Under the pieces are notes generated by a model. It searched no databases. It was given only the letters and a program-made list of their open reading frames with translations, and was not told the DNA's origin. This document shows, piece by piece, positions 13,401-27,188 of a stretch of DNA of 64,000 nucleotides. The position numbers and the translations under genes are program-made. Location of the stretch: assembly GCA_010093815.1 (NCBI GenBank), contig ML996590.1. The stretch is one strand, 5' to 3'. The number at the start of each line of letters is the position of its first letter. Positions within the stretch are counted from its first letter, which is position 1. The stretch is from Pseudovirgaria hyperparasitica. Lineage: Eukaryota.

Positions 13401-16400
13401 GTAGGAAATAGCTATAGAAGGATACTAATTAGGATAAATACCTAGAGGACCTAGAATCGGCGATTCTAGACCCCTCTATAGTCGATATATCTAACGGCCT
13501 AGCCATAGATAAGGCCGTATAAGTCCTCCTTTAAGTATACTAAGCCATGAGAGATAAATACGTGCTATACCAAATATATAGACCCCTAGAAGCGAGGGGT
13601 ATACCTTAAATGCGAGAGTATAGAAGAGACGCCCGTAGACTATATACACGTATATACTATATCCGGACGACTAAGGCGTGGGAAGAGTAGAAGGAAGTAG
13701 TGCGATATCGTGATAGGGCCCTCCGTAATAAACGACGAAAATAATAGTATATAATTACCGATAAATACATACGGTAAGCCGTAGGGCTATAGCGTATAGT
13801 AAAGTAGGCTAAGGGTATAGACGCGCTAACACCGCCGCCACTAATACCTCCCCTAATATACTAAGAGAGAACATACTCTATAAGCCTAGAGAAGATAGAG
13901 ATCTTACGTAAAGTTATATTCCCCCTCCTAGAGCTAGTAGACCTATTAGATATTAATAATACTAAATACCTAGACGTAATTAATATCCCCTAAGAGGTTA
14001 CCGAGGAGGATATACTCGATACTATTAAAGTACTCCCGAATAATAAGGTACCTAGACCGGATAGAATACCGAATAGGTGCCTTAAACGCACTATACTAGC
14101 TACCCTACCGCTTATTAGTTATATATTTTAAGTATATATTAAGAACGGATACCACCCCCAAAGCTTCCGGACCGTCTATACCGTTATACTCCCGAAACTA
14201 GGGAAGAACCCTAGCTCCCTAAAAGGATAGAGGCTAATCGCCCTTCTCTTCTATCTTAGAAAGATACTAGAGGCTACGATCGCGAAGAAGATAAGCGCTA
14301 TAGTATAGGAATATAACCTCCTTCTAGTAAACTAGAAGGCGAAGGCTAGAAGCTCCCTAATTACCGCTATCTAATATATCCTTAAAGTCGTCTAGACCGT
14401 ATAGAAGTAGGGACGTATAGTAACGCTACTCTCCCTTAATATAGCCGGCGTATTTAATAAAGTAAACCACACGAGACTTATCTATAACTTACGGAAGAGG
14501 CGTATACCCGCGTAGATTACGCGGTTTATATAGTCCTTCCTCGCCGAAAGAGTTACCTAGATATATATCTCCGGATATCGAAGTAAGTACGAGAAGATAG
14601 CTTGCGGTATCCTATAAGGAAGTACTATCTCCCCGATCCTCTTCCTCTTCTTTACTATAGACCTTCTCTAGAGAATATAATATATAGAGGTAGTAGGATA
14701 CGTAGACGATATATACCTTCTAGCTATTAATAATAATACTAGCTAAATATATAGACGACTTAAATAAGACTACGGGAGATACGTCTAATAGGCAAAGCGC
14801 CATAGAGTAAAGTTCGCCCCTAAAAAGTACTAACTTATATACTTTATTAACCGCCGTAGGAAATAGGCTACTAGGGAAGGCGAGCGACGCCCTAGAATAG
14901 ACGCCTTCGACGAACCGCCGATATAAAGTATATATATACTCGGCGTCATGATCGATAATAAGCTTAAATAGGGACCATAGGTAGTATACGCCGTTTCTAG
15001 GGCCCTCTAGATAGAAGCCGCTATATACTAGATTACGGCCTCTACGTGGGGAACCGCCCGGGATAAGGCACGCTAGCTATATATATCTATAGTACGACCC
15101 GCCTTCACGTACGGACACGAGTACTAGTATACGGCCCTTATATAGACTAGGTAAATAAAGCTCGAATCTATATAGAACCGTATACTCCGTCTTATATTAG
15201 GCGTATATAAAGCTACTAACACGGTACTACTATAACGCGAGATAGACGTTATAAGTATATATAACTTCTACTAGATATAGAGGGTAGTATACTTTACTAA
15301 ATAATAAGCATAGGAACGTGTAGGAAATATAGAATATATCTTCGCCGCGCTACGCGCGCGAGTTAGCGTACACTACTAAGTACTCTTATATATAGGCCGG
15401 ACTCGACTACGGTATAAGTACCTAATAGAAATAGACTTAAACTAAGTAGTATAAGAGATTAAGGATAACCTAGATACCCTTCTAGACTAATAGAGCCTTC
15501 GAGAGCTCGGACGAAGTATATAGTTATAGATCTAAGATAAGTAGAAAGAGATACTCCGGGCCTAGTAGGCCTCCTAGTAGAATAGATATCTAGAGTAGAT
15601 CCGAGGACCATAGAAGGAGCTAAGTAAATAGATATATAAAGGGCTTATAAAGGCCTAGGCATCTATACTCCTCTAAGCCCGAACGGGCGCTATAGAACTT
15701 CTATACTACCTTTATAAGAGAGGCGTCCCTAACGTATCTCTATAGTATAAGGCGTACGGCCGGAGAGGTATAATACGCTACTATCTTATAATATGCCCTG
15801 ATCTTCACACGTAAAGGTAGAAGCTTATCTATATAATAAGAACCTCCGATATCGTATGATAGCTTAATAAGTACCCTAAGGACGTCGCCCGGTAGATAAT
15901 TATATACCTACTACTCCTCTAATTCTAGTAGACCTAGAAATATATACTAGAAGAAACCCGGTATATATTAGAGGAAACCCGGTATATGCCGGAAGAACCC
16001 CTTAACTAATAACCTCCGTACCTACACGTGCTACCTAAGGGTAAAATAACGGTAATATAGGCTGTAGGCTAATAGGTGTACCCTATGGCTATATACTTAA
16101 GAAGAAACAAAGGTTTAACGAGATGTAATTATCGACATAAGGAAGTTTTCCCCTCTTAGGTTTCTTCTTATATAGTAGCCTAGACTAGAGGAGGCATAGG
16201 CCTATAGAGTACTACTCTACCTAGTTATACAATATTATTATTATTATTATTAATAGTTAAAGTATTAGATTATTATCTATATCTAGTTCTATAGTTCTAC
16301 CGTAAGTAGTTCCTCTTTAGCTAAGAAGTCTTCTTATATAATTCTATAGATAAGAGTAGAGTCTCTAAGCTCTACTATTATAGTAGAGTATTTTTTTAAT

Positions 16401-17550
16401 TTTATCTTAATCCTCTATATATTTTTCTACTATACCTTTATAATCTTAATTCTAGAGTATTTCTAGCCGTTAGATCTCTCTATTTACTTAATATTATTAT
16501 TTCTAATAACTTAGCCCTAGATAGAGATAGTATATATCTATATTAGATATATATTTATATAGATAGATATACTATAGAAGATATTATTTATTATATTTAG
16601 GTTATAGAAGATAGTCTACTAGACTATATTAGTAGTAGTTATTAGTACTATACCCTCTAGAGTAAGTTTAGCTATAACTATATTTAACTATATTTATTTC
16701 TATTTATTAATTTTATTAATAATATCCTTTAGAGATATCTACTAGACTTATATAAGTACTTTCCTATTCTAGATAGTAACTTATACGCTATATACTTCTC
16801 CCTTAGATATCCTTAGTATTTAGACTATCTTAGTTATACTATCTATTAGTATAGTAATCTATATCTATATACTAGGGCGTTTATTCTAGGTAAGGTCTAC
16901 CTAGATCTTTAATAGACTAGTCTCTATCTAGTCTAGTCTAGACTCTAGATTTAACTCTAGTATCTATTTTACTTCTATAGTAAGTTCTTAGATATTCTAG
17001 ACTAGGCTCCGGAAGATATTAAGAAGGGTAGTCTCTCCCTTCTTAACCTCTCTTTCTATATATACTATCTAGTATTCTATCTTATCTATAAGGGTATTCT
17101 CTAGTAGAATTCCCTCTATCTTAGTTATCTATAGTAGTTTACGCCTTTAGTTATTCTTTATTTTCTAGATAGTAGTTTAGTTATTCTAGAATATACTACT
17201 ATATAGTCGTTTCTATTATACTAGTAGTAGAGATATCCCTAGTAGAAGCTAGGATATATTAGTATCTAAGGCCGCTATAATTATTAGTTAAGGGCTATCC
17301 TTAACTAATAAAGGGAGGTTAGAGTATTAGTATTTATTAGTAGTAGTCTATACTTACTACTCTAAAGAGTTTTTAAGTATATATATATAGTATCTCTATA
17401 TATTAGTACTATTATATATTATATACTATATATATATATATGTATTAGAAGCTATTATACTTAGTATACTCTATTAATTAATGTCTATAGATTACTATAT
17501 CGCCCTAATTTAACTAATTTTAGTCGCTTAGAGTATAAGAAGTTTTTTTT
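7495..17550 (-). mobile_element. Tad1-like LINE copy L0, heavily RIPed; interrupted by L1 and by gypsy A near its 3' end
   Basis: Collinear reverse-complement similarity to L1 ORF2 (7495-10400) and ORF1/5'UTR (10400-10953, 16251-17550). Its 5' terminus AAAACTTCT is shared with L2 and L3. Confidence 0.85.
10954..16250 (+). mobile_element. Tad1-like LINE copy L1, full length, RIP-inactivated
   Basis: ORF1 with CCHC knuckles (de-RIP QCFNCQGYGH...C..C...H....C, ~12245-12350). ORF2 has AP-endonuclease motifs LLGDFN, STLDLT and DSDH (13095-13355) and RT motifs LSL(D)IAG.F(D)KVNH ~14430, GI(PQ)GS.ISPILFLFF ~14605 and GYVDD ~14697-14710. (ATT)n tail ~16234-16250. TSD TTAATAGTTAAAGTA at 10939-10953 and 16250-16264. 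Confidence 0.93.
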
Positions 17551-18883
17551 ATAATAAGTATTATTAAGAGTATATTATAAATTATATAGAGGGATAATAG
17601 TATTAACCTATAATAGTTCTTAAGAGAGATAATAATTATTATTCTATATCTCTCTTAATTCTTTATAAGTCTATATAGTATAGATATATGCTTCTTAAAG
17701 GTCCTTAGACCTTCTTTCTAGTTACCTAGCTTAAAGAGTAAGTAAGTCTAATATTAATTATATCTTATTCTAAGGGAGTATCTAGAATAATTTAAATTCG
17801 ACCTCTATAGATATAATTAGCTTATAGCTAAGTATAAGATATATAGTACTATAACTAGTACTTATATAAGTTATAATTCTATCTATCTATATAACTACGT
17901 AGAGGTATTTAGGCTAGTTCTTAAACCTACTATTAGTTATCTTTATAAGGGTATTAGTAAGTAGTATAAAGCTTCTCTTAATAATTCTATTTATATAGGG
18001 GTTATATATAGATATAACCTTATAATAACTTCTATAGATTTAGAGAAGTTCCTCTATAGTATCTATATTCTCTTTTCTACTATTATAAGTAATCTTAGAA
18101 ATAATTCTATATCTATAAATAACGTTTTTAAAGAGAAACTTTAATTATATAATTACTTATTTATACTAGTCTAGATACTCTAGTAGGTTTTAGGGGATTT
18201 TCTAATAGATATTAGAGTTATTAATAGGGTATACTTTAACTCTCTTTCTTTTCTATATAGTAGCTATACTAAACCCCTATAATACCTCTAGTAAATATTA
18301 CTATTAGAGACTAGTAGAGCTAGCTATAAGCTACTCTATTATTATACTCTACTTATATATAAAGACTATATATCTAGCTACTATAACTAGGGTAGCTAAG
18401 TTATCTTTTCTTAATAACTAAATAATATTTTTAGACTAGATATCTTTAGAAAGTATTTCTATATAACTTATCTTTATATTTATATAAAAATATAGCTTAT
18501 CCCCTTTATTAGTAGTCTTACTATCTTCTATTTAATATAGATTATTAGTTAAGAATAGCTCTTAACTAATAATCTAACTTAACTCTAGCTCTTAGAGATC
18601 TACTCTACTATATAGTTAGTCTCTAGCTATAGAATTAGTTTTCTTTTCTAAGACTAATATATATTTATCTAGGCTAGTTTTAAAGATTATATACTTTTAT
18701 CTATAAATAGAATAAACTATTAGTAATACTTATCTAGAAGCTAATCTTTATACTATAAAAGAGACTTATCTAATATATAGCTCTCTAGAAATAAGATTAT
18801 AATTAAGTTTAGTATATATAAATATTAAAGTAGCTATAATAATCTATTTAATATAGATTAGATATTATTATACTATATCTATA

Positions 18884-21800
18884 ATAATAATAATAATAAT
18901 ATTAGTAAACTAGGTAGAGTACCACTCTATAGGCGCATGCCTCCTCTAGTCTAAGCTACTATATAAGAAGAAACCTACGAATAGGAAAAACTCCCTTATA
19001 TCCATAACTACGCTCTATCTATCCTCTCGTTCTTTATATATATATAGCCCTAGGGGCTACCCATAGGCCTATAGCCTATATTATAATAGTTTACCCTTAG
19101 GCAGCACGTATAGATACGGAGATTATTAGTTAAGGGCTACCCTTAACTAATAATCGCGGTTCTCCCGGGGTTCTTCTAACGTATACTAGGGTTCTTCTAG
19201 TATATATTAGGCTTCTTCCGGTATATATACGTGGGTCTACTAGAACTAGGGGAGAGGAAGGTATACGAGTATCCATCGGGCGACGTCCTTAGAGTACTTA
19301 TTAAGCTATCGCGTAATGTCGGAGGTCCTCGTTATACGGATAAGGGCTTATCTTAGAGTATAGAGGCTAGAGTATATCGCGAGGTAGTAGTATATTATAC
19401 CTCTCCGGCCGTAGTCCTCGTACTAGAGAGATACGTCTAGGACGCCTCTCTAGTAGAGGTAATATAGAAGATCTATAGCGCCTATTTAGGCTTAGAGGAG
19501 TATAGATACTTAGGCCTTCGTTAGCCCTTTATATATCTATTTACTTAGTTCCTTCTAAGGCCCTTAGATCTATTCTAGATACCTATCCTATTAGGAGGTC
19601 CACTAGGCTTTAAGTACCTCCCTCTATTTATTCTAGATCTATAACCATATAACGCAGCTAAGCTCCTTAGGGCTCTATTAGCTTAGAACGGCATCCGGGT
19701 TATTTCGAACCTCCTACGCGGTCTAGCTCGAGTCCGCCTCTATATAGTATTTATATTATACTTAAGTTTATTCTATAGTAGGGAGGGCCTAGTAATACGC
19801 GCGGATATATATACGTAGTATAGCGAAGGTATATACCCTATCTCCTCCACGTTCTTATACTTATTATTTAGTAAAGTATATAAGTCTCTATATCTAGTAG
19901 AAGTCCTATATACTTATTACGTTTATCTCGCGTTAGAGGAGCGTTATATTAGTAGCTTTATATATACCGGAGATAAGGCGGAGTATACGGTTTTATATAG
20001 ACTTAAGCTTTACCCGCTAAGCTTATATAAGGGCCGTATACTAGTACTCGTGTCCGTATATAAAGGCTAGGCGTACTAGGGAGACGTATAGCTATCTTAT
20101 CTTATCCCGGGCTATTCCCTACGTGGATACCGTAATCTAGCGTATAGTAGTTTCTATCTAGAGGGCTCTAGAGACGGCGTGTGCCACCTATGGTCCCTAT
20201 TTTAGCTTATTATTAATTATAACGCCGAGTGCGCGTATACTCTATACTAGTAGTTCTATAAAGGCGTCGATTTAGAGGCGACGTGCCCCCTCCCTAGTAG
20301 CCTATCCTCTATAGTAGTTAATAAAGTATATAAGCTAGTATTTTTTAGGTGCGAATTTTACTCTATAGTACTTTACCTACTAGACGTATTTCTTATGGTC
20401 TCGTTCGAGTCGTGTATATATTCTACTAGTACTACTATCGACCGCGAGGAGGTATATATCGTCCGCGTATCCGACTACCTCTATATATTTTATTCTCTAA
20501 AGAAGGTCTACTATAAAGAAGAGGAAGAGGATTAGAGAGATAGTACTCCCTTACGGGATGCCGTATACTATCTTCTTATATTCGCTTCGGTATCCGGGGA
20601 TATATATTTAAGTAGTCCTTTACGTAAGGAAGGACTATATAAATTATATAATCTACTTAGGTATTCGCCTTATCCGGAGGTTATGGATAAGTCTTATATA
20701 GTTTACCTTATTAAACGCCTCTACTATATCTAGAGAGAGTAGCGTAACGACTCGTCCTTATTTCTATATAGTCTAGATAACCTCAAGGATATATTAAATA
20801 GCTATAATTAGGGAGCTTTCTACCTTCGCCTTCTAGTTTACTAGGAGAAGGCCGTATACCTATACTACTATACTTATCTTCTTAGTAATTATAGCTTCTA
20901 GTACCTTACTAAGGTAGAAGAGGAGAGCGATCGGCCTCTATCCCTTTAGCGTATTTAGGCTCTTCCCTAGTTTTAGAAGTATAACCGTATATACGGTTCG
21001 GAAGCTCTATAGGTAGTATTCTATACGGGCGTACGCTCGGAATATATAGCCTATAATTAGTAAGGTCGCCTATATAGTCCTCTTAAGGCATCGATTTAGA
21101 ATTCCGTCTAGCCCGGGCGCTTTATTATTCGGGAGTATCTTAATAGCGCTAAGTATATCATCGTCCGTGATTTCCCTAGGGATACTTATAGCTTCCGGGT
21201 ATTCCGTGCCGTTAATATCTAATAGGTCTACGGGTTCTAGGAGAGGGAATATAACCTCTCATAGAATCTCTATTTTCTTAAGGCTTATAAAGTACGTCTT
21301 TTCTTAATATATAAGGGGAGATATAAGTGGTATAGGTGTCGGGGAGGCGGTGCTTTTAGCCCATTTTACTATATACCATAGTCTAGTAGTATTACGTATA
21401 TATCTATCCGTAACTATATACTACTATTTACGTCGCTTATAGCGGAGGACCTTATCTTATTATCTTCTTACCTCTCTCTATTTATCCCACGCTTTAGGTA
21501 TATAGTTATAGTATATATATATATATAATCTCCGGACTTCTTACCTATACTCTCGCACTTAAGGTATACTTTTCGGGTCTAGGGGTCTATATATTCGGTA
21601 TAGCACGTGTTTATCTCTTACTCCCTAGTACGCCTATAGGAGTATATTCACGGCCTAGTTAATGGCCGGGCCATTAGATATATTAACTATAGATAGGTCT
21701 AGGATCGTTAATTCTAGGTCCTTTAGGTACTTTTTCTAGTTAGTATCCTTCTATAGCTATCGCCCTCGTTAGTCTTAAGGGGTAGATATATCTATTACGG

Positions 21801-24336
21801 TCTCTATATATTCGTGGTCGGAGTCTATCTATATAAGGCTTAGGCGGTAGTATTAAGTCCTATTATAAATGTATCTAGTAGCTAGGGTAAGGTCGAGTGT
21901 AGATCCGCCCTTATCTTATTTATGTTTTCGCCAGGTAATCTATTCTATTAATATAAGAAGGTATAGAAAGCCATAGTATTAGGTGCGTAGTTCTCTAGCT
22001 CGAAGCTCTTCGTAGGTAACGGTTAGTCTACCCTACTAGCTATAATAGAGGTTAAAGTCTTCTAGGAGAATGTGTTATCCTAGCTTAGTAGTACCCTTAA
22101 GCATGTTATCTACCTAAAGCGATCGGTTCTAATTATATATATTATATATATAGAGGAGTCCGATATTCGTCTAGAGGTGTAGTATTATCTAGAGGTTATC
22201 CCGTTTAGTATATAACTATAATAAGAGTAGGATAGACTTATAGATATAGAAGAGGACTCTCCTCTCCGGTCCTAGGGGGTATATTATATAATATCCTAGG
22301 TGTGTTATTAGTTTATTCGTCTAGTAGTATTTATATAGCTTCTATATAGCGAGTATTATAGCTCTAGTCTCCTTAAGGAGTATCGCCTAGTTCTTACGTT
22401 TATACTATACGTTTACCTATATAATTAGGAGTATATCTTGGTCTCTTATTAGGTACTAGGGAATATATAGACCTATATATTTATTCCTCTAAGACGCGAC
22501 TATCCTTATACGGCGGCAGCCTTAGTAATTCCTTAGGGCTATTCTATTATTAGCTATAAGGAGGCGGGCTCCACGCACTAACCAACTACACTAAAAGAAC
22601 CGAATCTTGAAGCTACTACTTCAAGTGTGGAGTATACTACTTATATACGACTACTACACACATGTATAATCAACTGGCAGGCCACGTGCTTCTTACGTGC
22701 CTGACATTAGCTTTCTCGGGACGGTTTACTATTTCTAACCGCTTCCTCGTGAGGAGGTAGTCTATAGTAGTAGTATTATAGTAAAGAGAGGAATGGTAGT
22801 AGGTCGTATCGTTTATAGCTACCTTACTCCCTTCATCCGGATTAAGTAGATATATTTAGTAACCTATTTACGTTTTGCGTACGTAGCCGACTATAACGGG
22901 TACTTACCGTTATAGTTAGAGTACTTCGCCGTGTCCCTATCCCTCTAGCCCTCTCCTTATATCCCGTAGGGGCACTTCTAGGTACTATATTCTTATTAAT
23001 ACTATCTATACCTAGTCTTTTAGGAGTACCGCTATACCGTATACCTATATCCCTAATAGTTAAAGTACTATATTATTGCCTATACTCTATCCTATGGTTC
23101 CGCTATAAGAAGCTCCCCTTCCGCTAGGAATCCCTCTTATATAATTTAATACGCGAGGGTAGGGTCCTTAAGCTCTACTATTATAGTAGAGTATACCTTC
23201 GATCTAGTTTTAATCCCTTATATATTCTTCTACTATACTCTTACGATCTTAATCCCTAGGTATTTTCGCTCGTTTAACTATTCTATCCGTATAATATTCT
23301 CTTCTCTAATAATCTATCCGCTTATAGATATAGAGTATATCTATATCGGGTATATGGCCGCCCTAATAGAGGCGCCTAGGAAGATACTACTAATCGCGTT
23401 CGGATCACGCGAGATAGTCTACTACACGATATTTATTATCGTAGTAAGTACTACTCCTCCTAGCGTGAGTTTAGTAGCGACGACGTTTAACTATATTCTC
23501 TTTTATTTATTAATCTTACTTACTATATCCTTTAGGGATACTTACTAGACCTATACTAGGGTGTCCTTATCCTAGATTGCGACGTATATACTACACGCCA
23601 CGTCGCCGGTCCGGGGGGCCCGTAGTATAGCCTCTAGTATTACTACTATTTATATCTATATACTAGGGCGCTTACCTTAAGTAAGTTCCTCCTAGATTCT
23701 ATATAGGCTAGCCTCTATTTAGTTAAGCCTACCCTCCGGTCCTTCTAGTTATATCTTCTTCTCCTTCTCCGTAATTCCCTTTAGATTCTAGATAAGGTCC
23801 TAGAATATATATAGAAGGGTCTTCTAGCCCTCTCCGGCTTCCTTCTCTATACGTACTACCTAGTAGTTAATATAATCTAGAAGGGTTTCCCCTCTTAGGG
23901 TCCCCTTTATTCTATCTATCTATAGTAGCGTGCGCCTTTAGGTATATTCTACGTTTTAGATAGATATATAGTTACCCTTAGTAATATTGCTATATGGCCT
24001 TTTCTATTATACTAGTAGGGGTATATCTAGTATATACCGGGGTATATCGGTGCCTAAGGCCGCTATATTTATTAGTTAAGGGCTACCCTTAACTAATAAA
24101 AGGGGGTCGGCGTATCGGCGTTCTAGTAGTATAGTCCGTGCCTCTATCTCCGTAAGGATTTTAAGAGGGTATATATATATCTTTACACGGTGATAACGTC
24201 TTGGTTTCGACGCTACACGTACGTGCGTGTAGTAGTAGTTAGTATACTCGGTGTACTCTATCGATTAAGGTGTATATCTTACTATATTACCCCGAATGGA
24301 CCAAGTTAGCCTCTTAGGGATGTAAAAGAAGTTTTT
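18884..24336 (-). mobile_element. Tad1-like LINE copy L2, full length, RIP-inactivated
   Basis: (AAT)n tail at ~18884-18900, same ORF1/ORF2 layout as L1, TSD TTATACTATATCTATA at 18868-18883 and 24337-24352. Confidence 0.92.
22555..22706 (-). mobile_element. Solo LTR of the TRIM family
   Basis: 152-bp match to the TRIM LTR ending CCTGACA, with TSD TTAGC on both sides; inserted in L2 ORF1 3' region. Confidence 0.92.
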
Positions 24337-25440
24337 TTATACTATATCTATAAATAGTATACTATATTAAGTAGTACTAACTAGACTTAAGTCCTTTATA
24401 TATAGTAGTATTAAAGATATAGAAAGTCTAAGATATATTATAGTATCTAGATAAATATTATTTACTTATATACTACTATTAAGTAGTACTATACTTATTA
24501 TTTACTAAGGGCTAACTTCTATAGAATACTATAGATACTTAGTTACTAGTCTTATAATTCTCTTCTTAAGCTAATTAATATCTTACTATATAATAGCTAA
24601 TCTAGTAATATAAATTAGTACTAATATATTAAGTTTATTTATCTTAGAAGCTATAGTATAATTATTCTATCTTTTCTTCTTAGCTCTTTCTTTTTAAGTC
24701 TCTTAGACTTCTTAAGCTATAAAGTTAGAGACTCTCTTCTTAAATACTATATAATATAGATTATTATTAAGCCTTAGTAATTTATTAATAATAATATTTA
24801 TAGTTATCTCTAGAATATATACTAACTATATATTATTAGTCTCTATACTAAGTTACTACCCTTTATAGAGATAGTTATTAAGCTTAACTTCTTATATATA
24901 TAGTTTTTAACTAGAAACTTAGTTATTCTCTTTATCTATCTTATTCTAAGATATTATAGGTTTTTCTTCTAATATTTCTAGATTATTTTTCTTACTATTA
25001 TTTTTATACTCCTTACTAATTCTTATATATTACTTCTTATATATACTATAGAGATAAGCTATCTTTTATTTCTTTATATAATTAGATATATTCTTTATAG
25101 TCTCTCTTCTAGAGATTATTAGTACTATAGATTCTATAGACTTTATTTCTTTATAGATATATCTATTGTAGAAGGCCGCTCCTACAGCCCTACATATATA
25201 TATCTCTAGCTCGATTACATGGCTTCATTGTATATTTAAGGAGGGCGTTTTCCTTGGTCATTCTACTTGGCGCGCTCCCCCCCATCACTAATATTCGACT
25301 ATTTAACCTTTCCTTACGTTTATGGGCCTCTATGGGTATTAATTATTAGGCTTAGCTATTAAAGAATTGATTAAGAGTATTATATAGACCCGTCCTATCG
25401 TAAAAGAGAACTAATAAGAAGTCGTGCGTTNNNNNNNNNN

Positions 25441-26611
25441 AATAAGATTATAATTAAGTTTAGTATATATAAATATTAAAGTAGCTATAATAATCTATTT
25501 AATATAGATTAGATATTATTATACTATATCTATAAATAGTATACTATATTAAGTAGTACTAACTAGACTTAAGTCCTTTATATATAGTAGTATTAAAGAT
25601 ATAGAAAGTCTAAGATATATTATAGTATCTAGATAAATATTATTTACTTATATACTACTATTAAGTAGTACTATACTTATTATTTACTAAGGGCTAACTT
25701 CTATAGAATACTATAGATACTTAGTTACTAGTCTTATAATTCTCTTCTTAAGCTAATTAATATCTTACTATATAATAGCTAATCTAGTAATATAAATTAG
25801 TACTAATATATTAAGTTTATTTATCTTAGAAGCTATAGTATAATTATTCTATCTTTTCTTCTTAGCTCTTTCTTTTTAAGTCTCTTAGACTTCTTAAGCT
25901 ATAAAGTTAGAGACTCTCTTCTTAAATACTATATAATATAGATTATTATTAAGCCTTAGTAATTTATTAATAATAATATTTATAGTTATCTCTAGAATAT
26001 ATACTAACTATATATTATTAGTCTCTATACTAAGTTACTACCCTTTATAGAGATAGTTATTAAGCTTAACTTCTTATATATATAGTTTTTAACTAGAAAC
26101 TTAGTTATTCTCTTTATCTATCTTATTCTAAGATATTATAGGTTTTTCTTCTAATATTTCTAGATTATTTTTCTTACTATTATTTTTATACTCCTTACTA
26201 ATTCTTATATATTACTTCTTATATATACTATAGAGATAAGCTATCTTTTATTTCTTTATATAATTAGATATATTCTTTATAGTCTCTCTTCTAGAGATTA
26301 TTAGTACTATAGATTCTATAGACTTTATTTCTTTATAGATATATCTATTGTAGAAGGCCGCTCCTACAGCCCTACATATATATATCTCTAGCTCGATTAC
26401 ATGGCTTCATTGTATATTTAAGGAGGGCGTTTTCCTTGGTCATTCTACTTGGCGCGCTCCCCCCCATCACTAATATTCGACTATTTAACCTTTCCTTACG
26501 TTTATGGGCCTCTATGGGTATTAATTATTAGGCTTAGCTATTAAAGAATTGATTAAGAGTATTATATAGACCCGTCCTATCGTAAAAGAGAACTAATAAG
26601 AAGTCGTGCGT
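25441..26611. other. Exact-looking duplication across a 10-N scaffold gap (probable assembly overlap)
   Basis: Repeats 18790-18883 joined directly to 24353-25430, including the partial LTR-B 25167-25430. Confidence 0.75.
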
Positions 26612-27188
26612 TCAAAGAGAACTCATAATACCTAGGAGAGATACTTATAAGTTCGTCGCGACTACTATACTAGAAACACAGCCATTTATAAAAGGGATAC
26701 ACGTGGCGATAGCTTACTATAATTTTAGAGGTCGTACCCGGACTACGAACTTATAGGGGGAGATTAGGACTCCGAAACTAGCTTAGGGGAAGTATATAGC
26801 GTGCCTAATAAGGTAGTCTAGACTTACTAGATCGAAGCTACGAGTCTAGAAAACAGGGAGTCCGGAGTCGCTAGGGGCTAGCCTCTTAAAAGTAGCCGTA
26901 AAAAGTATACGCATGCTAACACGGGTAATAGCGCGACTCGAAAATGTCTTAGGGGAATAGAATATAAAATAGGGCTAGATGAAGTAGCAAAGAAGAGTTC
27001 AAAAACGATAAATATAACCTGTTTAGTACTACCATAGCTATTATTCATAAACACGGCTATATAAGTATACTACTTTAGGAACGCCTTACACGAAGATAAT
27101 AATATAAGTAGGATACTATGAACCTTATATTAATGAAGACGATAGTAATAGTTCACCTTATAAAGGGATTAGTTAACATGGAGAAGGG

